Assembly: GCA_965235115.1 (NCBI GenBank)
Contig: OZ249436.1
Coordinates: forward strand, 14,758,001 to 14,818,000
Source: Laetmonice hystrix
Lineage: Eukaryota
Length of the DNA: 60,000 bases
Direction of reading: 5' to 3'
The notes beneath the pieces are model-generated. The model saw only the letters and a list, made by a program, of their open reading frames with translations, was not told where the DNA came from and did not search any database. The translations under genes were made by a program, and so were the position numbers. Of this stretch, positions 8,641 to 21,748 are shown piece by piece; the stretch's first letter is position 1, and the number at the start of each line of letters is the position of its first letter.

Positions 8641-11600
8641 TAGCAGGGAATATCGCCATCCAAGAGACTAGAAGACACATCTACTGCGAAAGAGGTTCAA
8701 TCTAATCTTGGGATAAATCTGGCAGCATATCGTTATCTTTTGACTCGATCCTATAAGCCAAGCCACAGATAATCAGCGTTCAGCGTGTGTTCTTGCCAAT
8801 TCTGAGATGATTCTGCGTTTTCCCTTCTAGTCCAATGACAGCAACTTCGCTCATTAGCATTCTGTCATAAGAGCCTATCTATAAACAAGGAAGTCTGGTG
8901 AAAATAGTGCCCATCAATCTCCCACACTCATCATCAACAAGTTTGATTACTTCATTCTAGTACATGAGGGGGACAGAGATACCGGCTGCTGCTGAGAGTC
9001 TGCGCAAGTCCACTGCTGGCAGCAGATAGGATGCAGCCACATGGAACAATGAACATTTCATTCTCTAGATTATTTCCACTAGCAGACCAGCTTGATGCAT
9101 TTCCTCATTTCTTTGGCGTGGGTGGAAAGCGAGGTTGTTTTTCCATTAAGTATATAATCTGAACGATGATTTCATACAACACTTACTCGAGTCAGGAATC
9201 ACCGAGAATATTCCCAAGTTACAAATCAATTCTAGGGGTTTCCAGTCGAATTCCACAATTCTCATCACGCTATAATTAGGAGATGGTACATGGTCTGGAG
9301 GCAGACAGACAGACTCACGATGGCCCCCTGAGTATTCCCAGCTCTCCTGGATGGGAAGCCTCATTGACTACATTAATTATGGTTGCCTACGTAACCAAAC
9401 CATCATTACTTGATAGGTAAACCTACTACGACATTACAGATCCTCCCCTATATTTTGTGATCTTTGTCGGCTAGACTATTTGCTTCAAAACTTTTTAAAA
9501 TACCATTACTGTTGACCGTTCCAGACACGACATTACACCAGATTTGCGATACATGATGGCATTCCTGTCAACCTTGCTGGATATCTGCAGAAGTGCCAGT
9601 CTCAGGTGATACGGACTCATGTCAGACTCCGTTTGCCGAGTGATTCCGATCTGCCAGGAAACAGTTCAGCCGTGGACTCCTCCTCCCGGGGCGTCCAGCA
9701 CTGCAGTGAGGGGTTCCCATCTAACCACACATGGAGTCCCATCACCGCCAAACCAGGCCCACCAGGGGCCCACGTGTGGGGCGGATAGTGCATGGTACAC
9801 ACAGCAGACGGTGCTCCACTGGAAGCTGATGTCCTCGGCAGCACCTGGAACCTACCCTCACCTCAACCCATATTCTATTAACATCTCTACTGACGGAGTA
9901 CATTGCAACGCTAACCCTGGATTCATTTTTCCTATGCATAAGAACAGAATTTACTGACCCCATCTCCCAAACATAAAATATATACTCCTAACTTACTCCG
10001 TTGTAATGACAATTCCTTCCGATTTTCCTATAATTCCCCAAACGCTTTCAACGTTAAACAGAAACGCTGTCATAGGTAATACACGTACGTGTGCCTTTTA
10101 GCTGAGAAAAAACGATAAACTGGAGAAATTAACACTGCTCTTAGTTACAGTAGCTGATATAATTTCAGAAAGGACCTTGACTAAAACTACGAACGTGACC
10201 TTTCTTTTGGTCTCATGATATGCCAATGCTCTTCGAGGATCAATGCTTGTGACCCTTGTGAGAAACCAGATATGCAAAGTGCACGTCTCTGCTCGAAGGC
10301 AGTCAATAGGACAATGGTACTTAAACCAAGCATCCCACTGGAGTGGCCTGAGAGTCTCCAGACAGTGAGCAGGGATTCATCATGAATGGACGTGGATGCT
10401 CCAATAGCGCATGGACTCGAACCAACAAAAGCAGACATCAGAGACGCCAGGTCTTGGGAATATCCCTACTCCGGTACAAAGTTAATGGATTTCTATCATG
10501 CAGACGGATAGAGAAACCTTTGGGGGCACTGCTAGTTCACTTGAGGGCAAACTCCGTCAGAGTCGCCAGGCCGAATGGCAAAAATACTGCAACAATGGCT
10601 ATAAATTTTGGTTGTGCACTGCTGACTCTACGTTAACTTGGCCATCTTAGCGAAGGAAAATACCGCAGCACAAAGTTAGGCGTTCGTGTATTTAGTGTCT
10701 TTCACATCATTTCTTTCAGTCGCAATGGTTGAAGAAATGCCATGGGCAAATGCATCATCAACCAAACTAATAAGATTACAGGAAAATAACACGAGATAGT
10801 AGGTACTTCCCTCACACAATGTTACAAAATGGTTGCACATCAAAGCTTCGTATTCAGAGAGGCATGGTTATTACAATGTACGTACATTGACTTACTCTCA
10901 ATCTGACTTATCTAAATTGATTCAACATTTGAAGGCTTAACAATAAGGAGAGTAAATGAAAATTACTCCAGCTGATGATCTTATTATATATTGCCTCCAC
11001 GAGACCTCCAAATTAAATAGAACGGGAATTACTACTTGATCCCACTAAAGGGTTACCATCAATTTCCTTCATTTGGGAGTATGAATCCGAGTGGTGTCTC
11101 ATTCACACGTAAGATAAAAATAATATGTTTTAAAAAGAACCCCTGCAAAAGCCCCCTGTAAAAATGAAAAAACGGCTGTTTTCTTAAACACTACCATTTA
11201 GAGATGATTACATTGTACCTGTAAGTTGGATGAAATTTACTTGGCAGAGGGGACGGGATTTGCGTCAGTGGATAACCATGGACAACGATGTACTCATGTG
11301 CAATGAAAACTTTCTGGTCCATGGTCACATTATGTTTACCCCTGTAGTCAAAAAATACTGAATTCCCACGAAGCAGAAATAGCATAAGTACTGGAGCAAA
11401 CATGAGATTATCAGCCTATTTATACTTCGGACCTTTCATGTTGATAACGGCAATCTGTTACAACTCTCCTCAAACCCATCAAAGTCACCCATTAGGCACT
11501 GTATAAATGCATGTTTGATCAGTCGAGGATAATGCACCTCTTGCTAAGTACTATTTTCTGGACTTCGTTAAATTACCTCTTGCGGCCAAAACCAGCAAAC

Positions 11601-12131
11601 CAGATCCATTACCAAAAGAACTGCACTTCCATATATCTCTGGTTCCAATACCAAAAGCCAATTTATGTACATACATGTACATGTACTACCAAATATTGTT
11701 CACATCAGGCACAACGTTTTTGAGCAGTCCTTTACTTAAATCTATAATCAAATTTATATATTTTTGGAAGTGACACCACCATAAGAACGTGTACACTATG
11801 AATCTATAGATACATTGGGAAAGAAATAAAATAAATCTTTACCGTTACATATATATTTTTGACTTCATGGATACCGTAACTGTATAAATATACAGGACTA
11901 AAACATTGCACCACCTTCTTTAGTATTCTGAAGAGCCTCACTGTGCAAAATTTGGAGACAGACATGTCAGTCCTCGCTGTTCCCTTGACAAAGTATTTTC
12001 ACACGGTGACATTTTATTGGAGTTTAGTAAGCGTCCCAAATATTACATCATGTTGATTCTCAACTAGCACAGTAGAAGAATGCACGATTCATCTCTGGTG
12101 TTCATTTCTACCCTTCATTATGACAAGGCTT

Positions 12132-12522
12132 GACGCTTTCTAACACCCCCTCCCCCACCGAATTATTCGTTGTCATGACGCTTTCTAACACCACTCCCCC
12201 ACCGAATTATTCGTTGTCATGACGCTTTCTAACACCCCTCCCCCACCGAATTATTCGTTGTCATGACGCTTTCTAACACCCCTCCCCCACCGAATTATTC
12301 GTTGGCATGATGCTTTCTAACACCCCCTCCCCCACCGAATTATTCGTTGTCATGACGCTTTCTAACACCACTCCCCCACCGAATTATTTGTTGGCATGAC
12401 GCTTTCTAACACCCCTCCCCCACCGAATTATTCGTTGTCATGACGCTTTCTAACACCCCTCCCCCACCGAATTATTCGTTGGCATGACGCTTTCTAACAC
12501 CCCCTTCCCCACCGAATTATTC
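12132..12522. repeat. 44-bp minisatellite, ~9 copies
   Basis: Unit GACGCTTTCTAACACCCCTCCCCCACCGAATTATTCGTTGTCAT repeated head-to-tail with few substitutions and no spacers. Confidence 0.97.
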
Positions 12523-15500
12523 CGATTTTTACGCAGGTCTGTGACAAACCCCACCATACGCGCAATATTCCAAAGAAGTATTTCTCATAAAGTGGGTCAA
12601 ATTCAAGACCCAACCACACAATGGCCTCCTCAAAAATCCACAAAGCAAGTGACAATAATGTAGTTATCCTCGTGATGAGCGTTAATCTGGGCGCGTTGTG
12701 GTTCAATCTTCTAGCAAACGAGAATCTCGGCCACAACCGAACAAAAAATTTCAGCAGATCGACTGGCCCTAAATTTGTGGTAAATACAAGTAAAAGAAAC
12801 TGACGGACGTTTCGACCCGACCATGGTACTTCTGAACGGGACACACATTGATAATACCTACTCATGATGACTAGAAGATACAGTACACAGTATGCATTCC
12901 TTGTTGTTGGGCTGTAACTGGTAATATGTCCTACCCCTCAATATACATATGTACTCGATTTATACCAACTTACCCATCTTTAATAATGTAAAGGTGTTGA
13001 GCAGACACTGACACAGGAGCAGACCAAATCAATCATACCTTCAGTATATCTTAAAAATATGGATCAGGAAGCAGGAGATATTAAGATAACCTCTATATGG
13101 CCCTCGAACTGCGAGTCATTAAATGTTCAAAGGCAGAACAAAGCCGGCATTTGGTCTGATAATAATGCTGCAGCCACTAATGCTGCAGTGCAGCGAACCA
13201 CACGGTACCATTCAGTTTCAGCAAGCTCACAGTATGGCGGGTGTCATGACGATAGACATGACAAACAATGTACATATTACAGCTGCTTTCTCCACCAAGA
13301 TTGCAGTAACGTTGTAAAGTTACCCGGTATTTGGATATCCGTGAGTGAATGCATAACATGACACAAATATTGTCATCTGTGGGTTAAATATTACCTCTAT
13401 ATCGAACATTTTATTTCAAATCCATGCGAGGGCCGTGAGATGTGGGGACGGAAATTAACGAATGAATGCGTTCACGTTAACGCAATTTTCTTGCGTATTA
13501 TGCATAATATGGAACGGGGACACAACATTCAAATGTATTATGCTCCAATTTTAGATGGTACTGGGGTCCCAGGGGTCCCTGGAAACCCAATTTCAAAATT
13601 GCTAACGCGAACACTGGAATGTAGAAAACTGCTAGATCTGTCTCACATAGGAATGATAGCACTCCTATAATTATAAAGCAAAGAACGTCCTAGAGCAGTG
13701 CCCTTTTTACCTTAGAAATAACACTTGGCAAATTATATGCCAAATCTATTTTCCCGTAAAAATGTCGGTCGATGGCAGAAATGACCTGTCAATATCTGGT
13801 TGTCCGTGTTTTGTCTGCAGACTGCAGGGTGTAGGCATTAATTCAGGCATGTCGGGGAACTGGCAGCGCATCTCATATCGCCTACCCTAGTAACGTCCCG
13901 CCAGGTGCAGGACCACCCTCGGCTAAGGAGCTCTCAAGAATCGGTTTTATTCGAGTAAAATGTAAGTTCCTTCAAGTGGCCACGGCCCAACCATTCTATG
14001 GTCCGCCGTTCTGTCTGACTGTCTACAGGCAATACCAGTTGGCTGCCTACTGTAAAGTATACAGCAAAATGAAAAACTTCTGTCGCTCTTGTGTTCATCA
14101 TGCTACTGCCTGGTGTATGTCTGTTTGATGTTGGAATACCGTACAAGAACAACTTTTTACACAATCACTAAAAATCAGTATACATCTGCGAAATAGCGGT
14201 TCATTTATCAGACCCCAAGAAACAGATACCAATGCTATCTCTCGAAATACAAAAATATCACAGCAGATGAAGACGAGATATCACACAACACGTTATATAG
14301 TCCTTGTCTCTGAAAGACTAAGAACAAAACTTCACTTGAAACAAGAAACAAAATGAAAAGATCATATCGAACAGCTTTGATGTAAAGCGACCCACAAAAA
14401 AACAAAGATAAAAGGATATCGTAAGTTCTGCACTATGATTACATGTATTATGATAACTAGCATGAGCTCCAGAGGAACCACCTCTTGGTACACACGAGGG
14501 TTGTGCTACTATCGTAAGGCCACTTGGCTCACCTTACAACATCCAGAAAACTGAGTTGCAAGCAGAAGGACGACAATCTTGTTGATGTGAGCTGTAGTTT
14601 ATTGTCGTGTCATTCTCAAAATCCAAGTGAAGTTTCAAGGTATAACATGAGTATATAAGGAAAATGGCTGGTCTCAAACCGGCCAATCAGATAGAACAAA
14701 ATAATCCTGGCCAGCTATTGGCCCAAGCCCTTAGTGGGCAGCCTGCTTTTACTGAAATTATCTTTGTGCCAGACTCAAATGACTGAACACGGTTGACTGA
14801 ACAAAGACATAGAGGAGATGGAATAGTCAGTTGTGAAACGGACACATTGACGCTGGACGCTGAATCAAAGAGGTGCTAAAACATGGGGAATTAAGGTTCT
14901 CTAACTGTGCACCTATAGATGTCCTTCTACTATTGTTAGAACAATTCTGGCATCAAAGCTGCCATCCACACCATCAAAGAACACAATGTCATTTGGCATT
15001 ACACTGTCTAGATTGCTGTATGACACAAGAATAAAGCTTAAGGCAAACTGAAGTTTAACACGAATAAGGTTTGAAGAAAAGTCTTACCAAATAATGTAAT
15101 GGAAATTTAGCCTAAAATTCGTCGGTACGACACTACTGACAATACCACCTTCAAACATTTTGTGCAAATGATTTCTGCTTAGATACCAAATTTGCAGGGA
15201 TGCTGAGTAACTTGCTCGGATTATTTCATTCTACGAGTTTTTGAACTTCCACTCCAGTTATAGTATTGCGGTGTTGATCACCATTCTTCATGACCATCCA
15301 AGTTCCCCCATCCTCATTCTGCAGATTGGCACGCAAGAAACACACGTGGGATTTCGTAAAGCCGCCTGAGCTAGTCTGTTGTATTGGATGGGCAGTGAGA
15401 ATCAGCTCTGTCTCTGCCTCTAATAACTTAACAGATGGCTCTTTCTGGGGGACAGTCCCCTACAGGCCGAACAGACAGCCGGACGGAGCAGCTGCAGTAA

Positions 15501-16889
15501 CCGACACGCAATTGCTATGGACTGGTCCTGCCCAAGCTTATGAAGTAGAGGAGAACGACAAGGCTTCTTTATGAAGGTAACTGTGATATAACGAAAATTG
15601 GTGTCCCACTATATACCAGAGTTACCGGTAATATACGGTTCATTTGTGATGTCACTCTGATATATGTCTGACTGCGGATGAATAGTCAAAGTAGACAGAG
15701 GCCTAAACTTAGACACTTTGTTTGAACGTATAAGACATATGAACTTGTTGAGGCGTGATCTAAACTTAGGCGCTTGGCCAATCAAGTACACGTTTGAACG
15801 CACTCTGAGCATGTTCGAGCCACCTAACAACACACACATATTATGTTGGAGGATGAAATATGTATATGCCACTCTGTCTGTCATGCAATGCACCGAAAGA
15901 CCTCATCTGAAGGCACTGCCATGGTACCGTACTTGTGGACATATGGTTCTCCAAGACAAAGGATCTCAACTTTCAGGAAATATCCTTTTTGAAAGATGGA
16001 CTTAGTAATGCTGTAGGATGTAAGCCTACATATCATTCCTTCTTTTGATCAGAACTGAATAAATCATGCAAAGTTCATTAACAGGAAAAATCATGAATGC
16101 AGAAACAACTGCACTGGGACTGTGGCCTTCTTCCACGACTGGGAATTGAGTGAAGCACTGGGACGTGTAAGAGTTTACCTCATGCATCATGTATTACTAA
16201 GTGCACAGGACTCTAGAAAACGGATAAGTTAGACGCTATGACATAACTGACGATATAACACAGAACTGCTCTACTTGAAAAGATGAAAGAGGCTCTTCGA
16301 GGGGAATCAATAGTAATTTTGGGCAACATCGTTACATGTCCAATAAAGCATGTTTAAAGCAAGAGATAACCCCAGCACTCATCAAATAACAAGGCACTGA
16401 CGACCTACTTTAACACTTTAGCGTATAGAGATTATTGGGTTAGAGCTGGGATGGACGCTGTCTGTATCCCTAGTGGCGTGTACTGGCACCACAGTACAAC
16501 CAAGAGTCATGATCTATACAGACACCCTGTATGTCTAATCGATATCACTTCACGCACATTGCAGCAAGTTTAACCTTGTCCTAGCACGAAGGACAGAAAC
16601 TGATCAAAGGACGTACAAATTCTGTAAGTTTTTAACGTCGATGATTTGGTCGTTTAAAGTTTCCTGTGTACCAAAATCAATGGACCTTTTCGTTCATTCT
16701 CTCTTAACTTAGGGTGTATGAAAGAAAGAATGAAAGAAAGAAAAAAGAAGATAACAAAAATTAGTACTATCGTATCTATGGTTCTTCATTGATTTACCGG
16801 TACATGTATTTTCTAACATGGCAGTACATGTACATGATACCATAAACACATTAGAAACCTCTCTGCTGCTAAATAAACGTTATGGATAC

Positions 16890-17040
16890 GAGTAGGGCCT
16901 TTGCCAGGTGTGCGGGTTTCTCCTGTATTATCTTATCATCATGATCACCGGACAGAAAAAAAGAAAGGAATTGTTTCCGTGCTGAAGATGGCCAAGTGCT
17001 GCTGACGGGACGTAAAACGGTAAACACCAACCAATCAACT
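16890..17040 (+). mobile_element. Degenerate SINE-like fragment
   Basis: GGGTTTCTCC core-like motif and a GACGTAAAAC..AAACACCAACCAA tail resembling the tail of the 23467 SINE. Confidence 0.35.
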
Positions 17041-19198
17041 AAATGCCCGTGATCTGTAACTATAAATGTAAAGGGGGGAAGTCTGCAGTAGGGGACGAGA
17101 TATTCTCAGCTTGTTGAAACATCTGAACTCGACTGACAAAGGGCCTACTGAATTCCTGGTTAAAATCCTATCCAAAGCTTTATCTTACGAAGATTTATAG
17201 CACCACATTTGGAATAATGCTACGGTTTCTCAAATCCTCTGGAAATATTCTGTTAACTCTTTCGTTAAATTACCTCAATTTATCACATTCCCACTAGCTT
17301 AGTGTAGCAAGGAACACCTGAAAGTGACAACGAATTAATGAAGTCTTACTGATTATGTTAAGATCTTAATCCAATTACGGTTTGCGGCTTGTGTCTGTGA
17401 CAACCACAGGGTGCCCGTCTCAGTGTGTCAGTCAACATGCGCCAATCACAAGCCGATGTGCTGCTACACTTCTTTTGGTCTGCCGTGCAAACCTGTTAAT
17501 TTCTCTGCAGTATTTTTATCGCTTTTCTTATCTCATATCTCATTTACTTTTAATTGCTTTTTCAAAGCATTGGAATCAAATGAACTCTAAAGTTTGTTAC
17601 TTGTAATACTGATAGGTGAGGACCCTTCGAGGAGTGAATGTTTAAAGTTTATGGTCCAATTTCATTCCGTTACTGATTCATGTATAAACTAAGTTAGGTA
17701 CCAACTAAATCTAATCAATATTTATGTAAGTTGCTTTCATCAAAACTGAAAATACTTTAAAATAGTTCGGAGGGTGATCAAAATTAAATTAATTAATAGT
17801 ATTCTATTAATGGGCACAGAAAATTATCAAAAATTGTTTATATACATTTTTTGGTGAACTATAGTACATGTACTGCCTGTTGATTGTTCAAAAAAAAAAA
17901 CATTATAACACCGGCAGCTTTCTTTCTGGTTAAAAAAATTGTTAGTTCTTTGTTCTTTGAGTTGTGTTTGGAAACATTGTTTTATCACAGTCTCAATGTT
18001 GATACTGACCTGAGACACCATAATCAGTCAGTCTTCATACTGTATTGCTGGGGAAAAAAGGGGGTATCTATGGATTTTCTGTCACAATTTACTCTCAGCC
18101 ATGTGAATTCATTCATGGATTACCCCCTTTGGTTTCAGTCTCAACCCGAATTTCTCCTGGCTGAAGGACGTGCCAGAATGCCTCTGAGAGTTGTACTGTA
18201 GAGGAGACTACAATTAAAACGACAGTTTTTGCTGATGGAGAACGTGGCAGAATACGAATTTACTTTTTTCACATTTGGCATGATCCGATGGTGTCATCAC
18301 TTAAGATATTGCTCAGCAAATATGGGAAATTATTATGTATTACAGGCACACTTTTTTATTTAAAATCACGCTGTCATGACGGCAATTAACTAAATAATTA
18401 ATGTCTCTTCCTACGGGAATTCCTGCCAAAGTTACTACTCAGTCACCATATAACATGGAAATCATAAGTGTTTCTTGTGAGAACACCTTTCCAACGACAA
18501 CGTTCAATTTTTAAACAACTTGAGGATTAAATGGACCAACTATGTTTCTGCAAATTACTGATACTGCAAATTTTATCAACTTAATCACACGGATCCCTAA
18601 TCATTCAATGTTTTAACGTCCAGAACTGCTGGAGTTTGAACAGCACTGGGAGACACCTTTAAAATTCAACACAGTTTGCCCATTTAGTCATTTTTTATAC
18701 TATTAGGTAATATTATTTGTTTTATGTTCTGTTTACTTTTCACCAAATGTATCTTTTCTATTTTGTGATTTTACAGCAGAAACCAAACGTGTCTGCTATG
18801 CACTCTGTGGTCTTATGTGCACTCAACTTGTTAAAGCATTTGAAAATATATTACAGTGTACTTTGCAAGAATACCTATCCAGGTCCTGTCCAGTTCTAGT
18901 ACTCACTATTTTAAAACTACAATTTTGTCGAAGTTGGGTTTAAATTGAGGGGATTTTAAGTGTTTTAAATATGTTTTCAATAAAGAGAACGTTAACTCCC
19001 GACACTGCAATGCTTCACTACTTTACTTCCATCTTTTTGGTGAGGTTGTCTGGCAAACATGAATCAATAGGTATTATCTTACCGATAATCAATTTTCATT
19101 GAGATTGCCAGGTTTTCAAATACGGAACTTTCAAACTATAAAGGTATTATTATTTATAAATGATGCAATGACAAACGTCTTTGGGCAATAGCCTACTT

Positions 19199-19252
19199 TG
19201 CTTCCACCTAGAGGCAAAGGTTCACAATACGCTCCACAGTGCCACCTGGTGG
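19199..19252 (-). promoter_or_regulatory. Pair of CTCF-like motifs
   Basis: Minus strand CCACCAGGTGGCACTG (19237-19252) and GCCTCTAGGTGGAAGCA (19199-19215). Confidence 0.5.
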
Positions 19253-19780
19253 ACTTCAGGTACCTTTGTCCAAAAACCTCCAGTTCCATACAGTACACTT
19301 TTTGTTATGGCATTGAGAGAACCCTGAAGCTGGTCCCAAAATCAAATCATTTAGACCTAAGAGCAGTTATGGAGAGAAGGCTTTTGAAGCCCTGAAGTGA
19401 GAAATCATCCAGAATCATCCAATTTTGACACAACTGCATTTTCATGTGGAAGTTTCTCTGAATTATATTTATGTCAAATTTATGTGGGATGAAAATGGAA
19501 TCTATCTTTTCCTCCATATTTTATATGACCACTTTGGCTCACTCGACCATTTTGGGTAAACTGTGCACTTTATTCACAAATAAACCCATGTTGGAAGCTA
19601 AAAATTACCAACAGTCTTCAGAAATGCTATATTTTGAGGTTTCAGTTTGCTGAATTCCACATCAAAAATACCAAAACTTGGAAGGTGGGCTGAGCAATAT
19701 TTTTATCCAAATCCTTATTACTTTAATACAGTAATCAAAATATTCACAAATTCATGGTTTCAAAATCAGTCGGCTCTCAT

Positions 19781-20343
19781 GACCATCACGCTCCTTTTTT
19801 AGGGGAGTGGCGGTGGCCGAGTGGGCATGGATGTCGACACCTTATGCTATGCGAATGGGTGCAGTAAATTACTGCAGTAAGATTACTGCCAGTAATCTTA
19901 GGGCCGGGGTTCGATTCCTGTAGAGGACTATACAACTTTTCTCTTTAGGGACATTGTCAAAGTAATTGGGTTACCCCTGATGCCCGTGCATTTCAAAAGA
20001 AAAATACAGTCTACGCCAGTGCCAGGATTACCTTAACAGTCAATGTTCGGTAGAAATCATGTGTAGCTCTATCTAGGAAAATATGGATTCCGTCTCATTT
20101 CGGAAGATGTGTGTAGGGGGGAGGGTCCATTGTCCTGCTCGACCACCAAAGCTCCTTTTTTAGGGGAGTGGCGGTGGCCTAGTGGGCATGGATGTCGACC
20201 TTAAATGCTATGCGAATGGGTGCAGTAATCTTGGGGCCGGGGTTCGATTCCTGTAGAGGACTATACAACTTTTCTCTTTAGGGACATTGTCAAAGTAATT
20301 GGGTTACCCCTGATGCCCGTGCATTTCAAAAGAAAAATACAGT
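19781..20343 (+). repeat. Duplicated ~200-230-bp tRNA-derived (Pol III A/B-box) units
   Basis: Copies at 19781-20010 and 20141-20343; A box TGGCCGAGTGG / TGGCCTAGTGG, B box GGTTCGATTCC, then TTTT; the acceptor stem does not pair. Confidence 0.8.
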
Positions 20344-20984
20344 ATCACAGGGCCCTCCACCTAATATGATGGAAGAAGATTGTTCAGATTTCTTAACTTG
20401 AGCACATACCCATTAGGGGATTCCATCAAGATCACTGCATGTATGGGGTAATGCCAAAATGTGTTCAGTCTCACTGTCTGTGCCAGTATATATTTAACTA
20501 CTGTACTATCTGAGGGCTGAAGGCGCGAGGCGTTTTGCAAATGGGGGGGGGGGTCTGGGCCCCCCCCCCTGAAAATTTGGAAAAACAATTACTTTCTGAG
20601 GTGCATTTTCCAGGCATTCGTGAAAAAGAAATTTGAGCCAGTTGGCAAGGATCTCACAATTCTTTTGTGCGAGTCCAAAATTTTGAAAAACAAGACTCTC
20701 TGAAGTACTTTTTAAGGTAGAGAAAGATGAAAATCTTTAAACAATTATTTTTGTCGAAAAGAATGACCTAGCAACCATTCACTTCTTGTTAAATTATCGA
20801 CGTCATTATTTTTGACCTTTAGTAATAGTAAAACCGGCCCCTGAGCTGGAGGAGTAATGGATCAAGGCACCGGCTATAGGCACAAGCTCTCGTGTAGAGA
20901 AGAATCTCCACGCATGAGATTATTTTGCCGTGATCAGCTGGTTGACCAAACAGGTGACAGGGAGGGACCAACCCCATGTATTAC

Positions 20985-21190
20985 ACCTAACCTTAGAGTT
21001 AAGGTTAGAGTTAAGGTTAGGTTTAGGGTTAGTTATATTTAGTGGCATTCTGTGGTCGTTCATGGCGTAATGGATAGCGTGTCCGCTTGATGATCCGGAG
21101 GTCATTGGTTCGCGCCCCACTATAAATAGGCTTTCTTTTCATCCTCATTTTTTTAAAACGGGTTAGAGTTAAATAGGACAGGGAATATTA
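20985..21190 (+). mobile_element. Repeat with degenerate telomere-like (GGTTAG)n tract plus tRNA-like head (possible Helitron/Helentron-type non-autonomous element)
   Basis: TTAGAGTTAAGGTTAGAGTTAAGGTTAGGTTTAGGGTTAG followed by TGGCGTAATGG (A box) and GGTTCGCGCCC (B-box-like). Confidence 0.4.
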
Positions 21191-21333
21191 CAAAACTTTT
21201 TGTTTGAGGGATCACATCATTCAGGGTTAGTGATATATAGTATAATAAAAGTTTAATAAAACGCATCCCCTGGGACACAGGCCACTAGCTACTTCAACAA
21301 GTACTTGTGTCTGACAGCTGAAAATATTCTTTC

Positions 21334-21748
21334 GGTGTCTGGACGTTTCGAGCGCAAACCAGTTCGAGGGCTGACCACTTCGAGCGCCGACACCGACCAC
21401 TTCAAGCGCGACTATTTCACAACTCAGCCTGTATTTCACAACTTCCATTCTCAGAAGTCGGCAAGAATTGTATCCCTATCTTTCGTATGATGATACTAGG
21501 CTATTATTCATATTGCGACATTGACAGGGCCCTCCCTAAGCACGCTCGAACATGGCCACGCTCAACTGTCTCGATCGAAATCTACCCCCGATCGAAATCG
21601 GCCGCGGACGAGAGGGCGTAGCATGCGGGCGGCTCCACCGGCGGAGCCCCGCTCAACTTGTTGCCGCTCGAACTCAATCGCGCTCGAACTGGCAATGGAG
21701 CGGCGCTCGAACTGGTCCGCGCTCGAAACGTCCTGGCCACCTGGGACC
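21334..21748. mobile_element. MITE with GG...CC ends, subterminal inverted repeats and 8-bp TSD (Mutator- or Merlin-like)
   Basis: ATTCTTTC at 21326-21333 and 21749-21756; GGACGTTTCGAGCGC..ACCAGTTCGAG inverted at 21341-21371 / 21703-21733; repeated TTCGAGCG motifs. Confidence 0.75.

Noticed and set aside
9606..9957. GC-rich patch with several overlapping ORFs
   Set aside because: No recognisable domain or consistent splice signals.
12132..12522. CRISPR-like periodic array
   Set aside because: Units are contiguous with no unique spacers, there are no cas genes, and the context is eukaryotic.
12806..12840. GACGTTTCGACC motif recalling a Penelope-associated hammerhead ribozyme
   Set aside because: The GAAAC half is present on the minus strand but the CUGANGA core is not intact.
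15230..15574. Open frames on both strands as candidate exons of the putative minus-strand gene
   Set aside because: No recognisable homology and weak splice context.
19805..19930. Intron-containing tRNA gene
   Set aside because: A/B boxes are present but the acceptor and T stems do not pair; treated as a tRNA-derived repeat.
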